A DNA stretch of 64,000 bases from an uncultured Spirochaetota bacterium (lineage in GTDB: Bacteria > Spirochaetota > Spirochaetia > SZUA-6 > CAVTHK01). How positions within the stretch are numbered: position 1 is the stretch's first letter; each line of letters starts with the position of its first letter. The stretch covers positions 96,001 to 160,000 of the forward strand of contig CAVTHK010000001.1 of the NCBI GenBank assembly GCA_963734495.1, read 5' to 3'. The notes below the pieces were generated by a model. It did not search any database, was not told the DNA's origin, and saw nothing but the letters and a program-made list of their open reading frames with translations. The position numbers and the translations under genes were made by a program. Of this stretch, positions 59,636 through 64,000 are shown one piece after another.

Positions 59636-60862
59636 CTATCGCGGTTGAGAGCGGATCGGCGACTCTCCGAGCGAGAGCGCCACGACGACGCACAGCGCCG
59701 TGAGCAGGACCAGCCCGAGCAGCGGCGGCGCCATCGAGCCCCCCGCGCCCTTGAACGCGTCCATCCCGAAGATGAAGACGATGCCCGCCAGGTTCCCCGC
59801 CATGAGCAGCAGCGTGTTGGACGTCCCTTCCGGGGCCGGCAGCGTGATCTCCGCGCCATACTGGAACCCGATGGGGCCGGAGCTGAGCAGGAAGAACCCG
59901 AAGACGAAGGCCGAGGCGAGGAGGGCCGGGTACCGGCCGGCGTACGCGAGGCCGAGGAGGCCCGGGATCATTCCCGCGAGCGAGATGACCAGGAAGGGCT
60001 TGCGCCGCCGCGTCGCGTCGGACACGAGGGGCATGACGATCGCCCCCGCGATGCCGCCCGCGAGCATGACGCCCCCGGCGATCCCCGCCTGCGCGGCATC
60101 GAAGCCCCGCGGCGCCACGATCTGCTCGATCCACGTGGTCACGCCGTTGAAGATCCCCAGACCGACGAAGAAGACGAGGAGGAGCAGCACGAAGTCGCGC
60201 TTGCGGAGCATGCTCCGCAGCCCGTCCAGCACGAGGCTGCGCGCCTCGGCCCCCTCGGGCGACGGCGGCGTCGGCGGCCGCTCGCGGGCGAGCGCGGCAA
60301 AGGCGGCGGCCGCCGCCGCCGAGGCGACGCCCCACACGAGGAGCATGCCCCGCATGCCCGCCGCGGCGAGGAGGACGGGCGTGACGGCCACGCCGGCGAG
60401 GATGCCGAGGTAGATCGCCAGCGTCCCCAGGCCGGCTGCCGTCGCCCGCTCCCGCGGCGGGAACCAGTGCGCCGCCATCTTCGTGATCGCGCCGAGCACG
60501 AAAGGCTGCCCGACCGCGATCACGATCTGGAACGCGAACACCGCCGCAAAGCTCGCGGCGAAGATTCCGCGACCGAGCGCCCCGACCGCGGTCAGGAGCG
60601 CGCCGATCGTGACCGCGGCGCGGAAGCCCAGCGAGTCGATCGCCCAGGCCGAGGGCAGGAAGATGAGGACGTAGACGGCCATGAAGCTCAGCGAGAGCAG
60701 CCCGACCGCCAGCTCGCCGGCCCCGTAGAACGCGGCGGTGTCCGTGGTGATCGCGGCGAAGGTGATCCAGCAGAGCTGGTTCAGCGCGGTCACGGCCATG
60801 AACACGGCCAGCACGACCCAGCGGTAGCCGTAGACCTTCGGGACCGGAGGCCTGTCGCTCAT
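59636..60862 (-). CDS. MFS transporter
   Basis: About 12 hydrophobic segments, YRWVVL, GQPF, WFPPRERATA, SD..RRRKPF. Confidence 0.85.
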   Translation of the reverse strand: MSDRPPVPKVYGYRWVVLAVFMAVTALNQLCWITFAAITTDTAAFYGAGELAVGLLSLSFMAVYVLIFLPSAWAIDSLGFRAAVTIGALLTAVGALGRGIFAASFAAVFAFQIVIAVGQPFVLGAITKMAAHWFPPRERATAAGLGTLAIYLGILAGVAVTPVLLAAAGMRGMLLVWGVASAAAAAAFAALARERPPTPPSPEGAEARSLVLDGLRSMLRKRDFVLLLLVFFVGLGIFNGVTTWIEQIVAPRGFDAAQAGIAGGVMLAGGIAGAIVMPLVSDATRRRKPFLVISLAGMIPGLLGLAYAGRYPALLASAFVFGFFLLSSGPIGFQYGAEITLPAPEGTSNTLLLMAGNLAGIVFIFGMDAFKGAGGSMAPPLLGLVLLTALCVVVALSLGESPIRSQPR

Positions 60863-60899
60863 TCTGCGTCTCCTGTCGCGGCGGCCGCCCCGGCCCGTG

Positions 60900-61703
60900 C
60901 TACCGGGCGATCCAGGCCTCGTGCAGCTTCGGGACGTCCGCGAGCAGCCGCCGCGTGTATTCGTGCGCCGGCTCCCGGATGATGCGTTCAGCGGGGCCGG
61001 TTTCCTTGATCTCGCCTTCCTGCATGATGAGCATGGTGTCGCTCACGTAGTAGGCCAGCGCTATGTCGTGAGTGACGAACGCGATCATCATGTCGTTGCC
61101 CTCGCGCAGCTTGAGCAGCATCTCGAGGATCGTGGCGCGGGAGCACGCGTCGACCATCGAGGTCGGCTCGTCCGCGATGAGGATCGTGGGCTTGACGAGG
61201 AAGATGCGGGCGATCATGAGGCGCTGCATCTGGCCGCCCGAGAGCTCGAAGGGGTACTTGTTGTGCACCTCGTCGTACTCCAGGTTCACGAACCCGCACG
61301 CCTCGCGAAGCAGGGCGCGGCGCTCCCCGGACGAGGGCCTCAGGCCCTTGAGCCTGAGGCAGTCGACGAGCACCTTCTCCACGCTGTGGAACTGGTTGAA
61401 GGACGCGAAGGGGTCCTGGAACACCCCTTGAGCCTCGCGCCAGTACTCTCGCCTGCGCGCGAGCGTCGAGAGGTCGATCGGCCGGCCCCGGTAGTGGATC
61501 TCGCCCGTGGTCGGGGCGAGCAGGCCCAGGATCATCTTGGCGAGCGTGGTCTTGCCGCTTCCGCTCTCGCCGACGATGGTGATGATCTCGCCGCGATGGA
61601 ACGCGAAGCCGACGTTCCTGACGGCCACGACGCGGCGCCTGCCCCACCCGAAGACCCGCGTGAGGCCCCGTCCCTCGAGCACGACTTCACTGCTGATCGG
61701 CAC
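60900..61703 (-). CDS. Opp/Dpp-family ABC ATPase (OppF-like)
   Basis: GESGSGKTT, FQDPFASFN, YPFELSGGQMQR, ADEPTSMVDA. Confidence 0.88.
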   Translation of the reverse strand: MPISSEVVLEGRGLTRVFGWGRRRVVAVRNVGFAFHRGEIITIVGESGSGKTTLAKMILGLLAPTTGEIHYRGRPIDLSTLARRREYWREAQGVFQDPFASFNQFHSVEKVLVDCLRLKGLRPSSGERRALLREACGFVNLEYDEVHNKYPFELSGGQMQRLMIARIFLVKPTILIADEPTSMVDACSRATILEMLLKLREGNDMMIAFVTHDIALAYYVSDTMLIMQEGEIKETGPAERIIREPAHEYTRRLLADVPKLHEAWIAR

Positions 61704-62700
61704 GTCCGTAGTACTCCCTCAGCGTCGCCGCGGAATGGATGCACCGGTACATGCGCCCGTCGAGCCGCACCGGATCGATCGCGTGCTCGCGGCACTCGGG
61801 CCGGACATGGGGGCAGCGGTCGGCGAACGCGCAGCCGCGGATGCGCTGCTTGAGGTTGGGCGGCGCTCCCGGCATCGCCACGAGGGCCCGGCCCTTGATG
61901 TCCGCCTCCGCGACGATGATCGAGCCCATCAGGGCGTTGGTGTACGGGTGCAGGGGGCGGAAGATCACCTCTTCGACCCTGCCCTTTTCCACGATCCGGC
62001 CCGCGTACATCACCATGACGTCGTCCGCCACGTGGCGCAGGAGCGGAAGCTCATGCGTGATAAAGATCATCGACTTGACGAACCCGCGCTCGAGGAGGTC
62101 GAGGAGCATGCGGATGACCACCTTCTGCGAGCTCACGTCGAGCGCGGACGTCGGCTCGTCCGCGATGAGGACGGCGGGGTTGAGGATCGTCGAGATCGCG
62201 ATGACGGTCCGCTGCTTCATGCCGCCCGAGAGCTCGTTCGGGTAACTGGACAGCACCCGCTCGGGAAGGTTGAGCGTCTTGAAGCGCGCAAACGCGAGGT
62301 CCCGTATGGAGTCCCGCGGCTCGCCGGGGAGGTGCTCGCGGATGACGTCCTCGATGAAGCGGATGATCCGGCGCGTCGGGTTCAGCGCGTTCATCGCGGC
62401 CTGCGGGATGTAGGCGATCTCGCGGCCCAGGAACTGCACCCTGAGCTCCTCGTAAGGCAGCTTCATGATGTCGGTGCCGCGGAGCTCGATCGCGCCGCTC
62501 GCGAAGTGCAGCGGCGGGAAGTAGAAGCCCATCAGGCTCAGCGCCAGCGTGGACTTGCCGCACCCGCTTTCGCCCGCGATGCCCGTGATCCTCCCCTCCT
62601 CGAGCGAGAGCGAGACGCCGCTCACCGCGTAGACCTCCTCGTTGGTGCGCGTCCGGTAGAACGTGTGAAGGTCCTTGACCTCGAGGAGGGGCGACGCCAC
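61687..62700 (-). CDS. Opp/Dpp-family ABC ATPase (OppD-like)
   Basis: GESGCGKST, PQAAMNALNP, YPNELSGGMKQR, PLHPYT, C-terminal GC.F..RC Cys cluster. Confidence 0.9.
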   Translation of the reverse strand: MASPLLEVKDLHTFYRTRTNEEVYAVSGVSLSLEEGRITGIAGESGCGKSTLALSLMGFYFPPLHFASGAIELRGTDIMKLPYEELRVQFLGREIAYIPQAAMNALNPTRRIIRFIEDVIREHLPGEPRDSIRDLAFARFKTLNLPERVLSSYPNELSGGMKQRTVIAISTILNPAVLIADEPTSALDVSSQKVVIRMLLDLLERGFVKSMIFITHELPLLRHVADDVMVMYAGRIVEKGRVEEVIFRPLHPYTNALMGSIIVAEADIKGRALVAMPGAPPNLKQRIRGCAFADRCPHVRPECREHAIDPVRLDGRMYRCIHSAATLREYYGRADQQ

Positions 62701-62702
62701 CG

Positions 62703-63542
62703 CTAGCTCCTGATCTTCGGGTTGAACACCTCGTCCATCCCGGAGTTCATCATGAACAGCGAGAAGGTGATCGAGGCGATGACCAGCGCGGTAGGAATGA
62801 ACGCCCACCAGGCCCCCGCCACGGGGGCCTCGAACAGCAGCGCCCAGTTCATCATGATGCCAAGCGACACGGTGTTGTAGGGGCCGAGGCCCAGCATGGA
62901 GATGCTGGCCTCCTGCAGTATGCCCGAGGCGGTCTGCAGGATGAACGCCATCACCACGTAGGAGGCCAGGTACGGAAAGATCTCCGAGACGATGATGTGC
63001 AGGCTCCCGAAGCCGCTGATGCGCGCGATGTTCACGTGGTCGCGCTGCCGGAGGCTCGAGCACTGGGCGCGCACGGCGCGCGCGGTCCACGGCCAGCTCG
63101 TGAGCCCGATGATCGAGGCGAGGAGGAGCGGGCTGCGCGTGTTGATGCTGACCGAGATGAGGATCAGGATGATGAAGGACGGGATCACGATGAACATGTT
63201 CGTAACGGCGGTGAGGATGTTGTCCACCCTCCCGCCGAGGTAGCCGGCGGCGAAGCCCACGATCAGCCCGATGCTGGTCGCGATGAGCCCTGCGAGCAGC
63301 CCGACGAAGAGCGAGGTGCGGGTGCCGTAGGCGAGCTCGAGCACGACGTCGCGGCCGAAGTTGTCGCTGCCGAGCGGGAGCTTTTGCGACGGCCGCTGGA
63401 ATGCCATCGCGACCATCTCCTTGGGGTCGCCCCGGTCGAACATGGGGTAGACCGCGATCCCGAGCACGATCGCGATGATGACGCCCAGACCGAAGATGAA
63501 CTTGGGCGACCTGAGCAGGATGCGGATGATGTCGGTTCTCAT
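62703..63542 (-). CDS. Opp/Dpp-family ABC permease (OppC-like)
   Basis: LGSDNFGRD, WPWTARAVRAQ, EASISMLGLG, FNPKIR. Confidence 0.88.
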   Translation of the reverse strand: MRTDIIRILLRSPKFIFGLGVIIAIVLGIAVYPMFDRGDPKEMVAMAFQRPSQKLPLGSDNFGRDVVLELAYGTRTSLFVGLLAGLIATSIGLIVGFAAGYLGGRVDNILTAVTNMFIVIPSFIILILISVSINTRSPLLLASIIGLTSWPWTARAVRAQCSSLRQRDHVNIARISGFGSLHIIVSEIFPYLASYVVMAFILQTASGILQEASISMLGLGPYNTVSLGIMMNWALLFEAPVAGAWWAFIPTALVIASITFSLFMMNSGMDEVFNPKIRS

Positions 63543-63545
63543 CGC

Positions 63546-64000
63546 CTATGCCTCCACCTGGGCCGCCTTGATCCGCGGGTCGATGAGCCCGTAGAGCAGG
63601 TCGATGGTGAAGTTCGCCGCGAGGACCGCCACCGTGATCATGAGGGTGCAGCCGGAGATCAGCGGGTAGTCCAGCGTGCGGATGGCCGTGAACAGCCAGG
63701 TCCCGATGCCGGGGTAGTTGAACACGATCTCCGTGATCAGGGCCCCGCTCACCATCGTGCCCATCGAGAGCGCGAGCCCGGTGATCTGGGGCAGCATCGC
63801 GTTTCGGAACACGTACCGGATGACCTTCGCCTCCCGGATGCCCATGAGCTTGCTGTACAGCACATAGTCGGCGTTGAGCTCGTAGATCGCCATGGACCGC
63901 ATGCCGATCGCCTGGCCGCCGATGAGCACGAACACGATCGAGAGATAGGGAAGCGTGTGGTGGCGCAGCACCGAGGCGAAGAATGCGAGCGTCATCGTGG
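63546..64000 (-). CDS. Opp/Dpp-family ABC permease (OppB-like), 5'-truncated by the window edge
   Basis: [34 protein letters not shown]. Confidence 0.88.
   Translation of the reverse strand, partial: TMTLAFFASVLRHHTLPYLSIVFVLIGGQAIGMRSMAIYELNADYVLYSKLMGIREAKVIRYVFRNAMLPQITGLALSMGTMVSGALITEIVFNYPGIGTWLFTAIRTLDYPLISGCTLMITVAVLAANFTIDLLYGLIDPRIKAAQVEA

Noticed and set aside
1..64000. CRISPR arrays, tRNA/rRNA, IS elements, integrases, defence systems, selenoprotein or recoded genes
   Set aside because: I saw no regularly spaced repeats, RNA-gene signatures, transposase or recombinase motifs, or in-frame stops within conserved domains. A covariance-model search was not possible.

Overview
High-GC bacterial DNA, densely coding, mostly nutrient uptake, catabolism and regulation. 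Solute-binding proteins with 'FAAGGxxE'/'WAGSQPE'-type N-termini suggest Spirochaetia, but this is an inference. Transport: a branched-chain amino acid ABC operon (livKHMGF-like), five LplA-like carbohydrate-binding proteins with two LplB/LplC permease pairs, a NitT/TauT ABC system, an Opp/Dpp-type ABC system and an Nramp/MntH. Enzymes: GH151-like and GH31 glycosidases, two PF12831-type FAD oxidoreductases, kbl and an SDR-type threonine dehydrogenase 20 kb apart, and DhaK/DhaL. Regulators: three membrane-anchored AraC proteins, an XRE-cupin, an orphan ECF sigma factor, a NarL-type two-component locus and a SufR-like HTH protein. I saw no rRNA, tRNA, CRISPR array, transposase or integrase. Many genes have 1-bp frameshifts that look like long-read consensus errors. 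Four loci instead have clean large internal deletions that join the start of a gene to its end. The best leads are (i) a Cys-rich SufR-like regulator divergent from a secreted protein with three ~55-aa His repeats, with a palindromic operator between them, next to MntH; (ii) the repeated internal-deletion pattern; (iii) operator motifs readable directly in the sequence (XRE, NarL-type, AraC, DtxR/MntR-like); (iv) the repeated pairing of a sugar-binding protein with a PF12831 oxidoreductase. All family calls come from motif recognition, not database searches.
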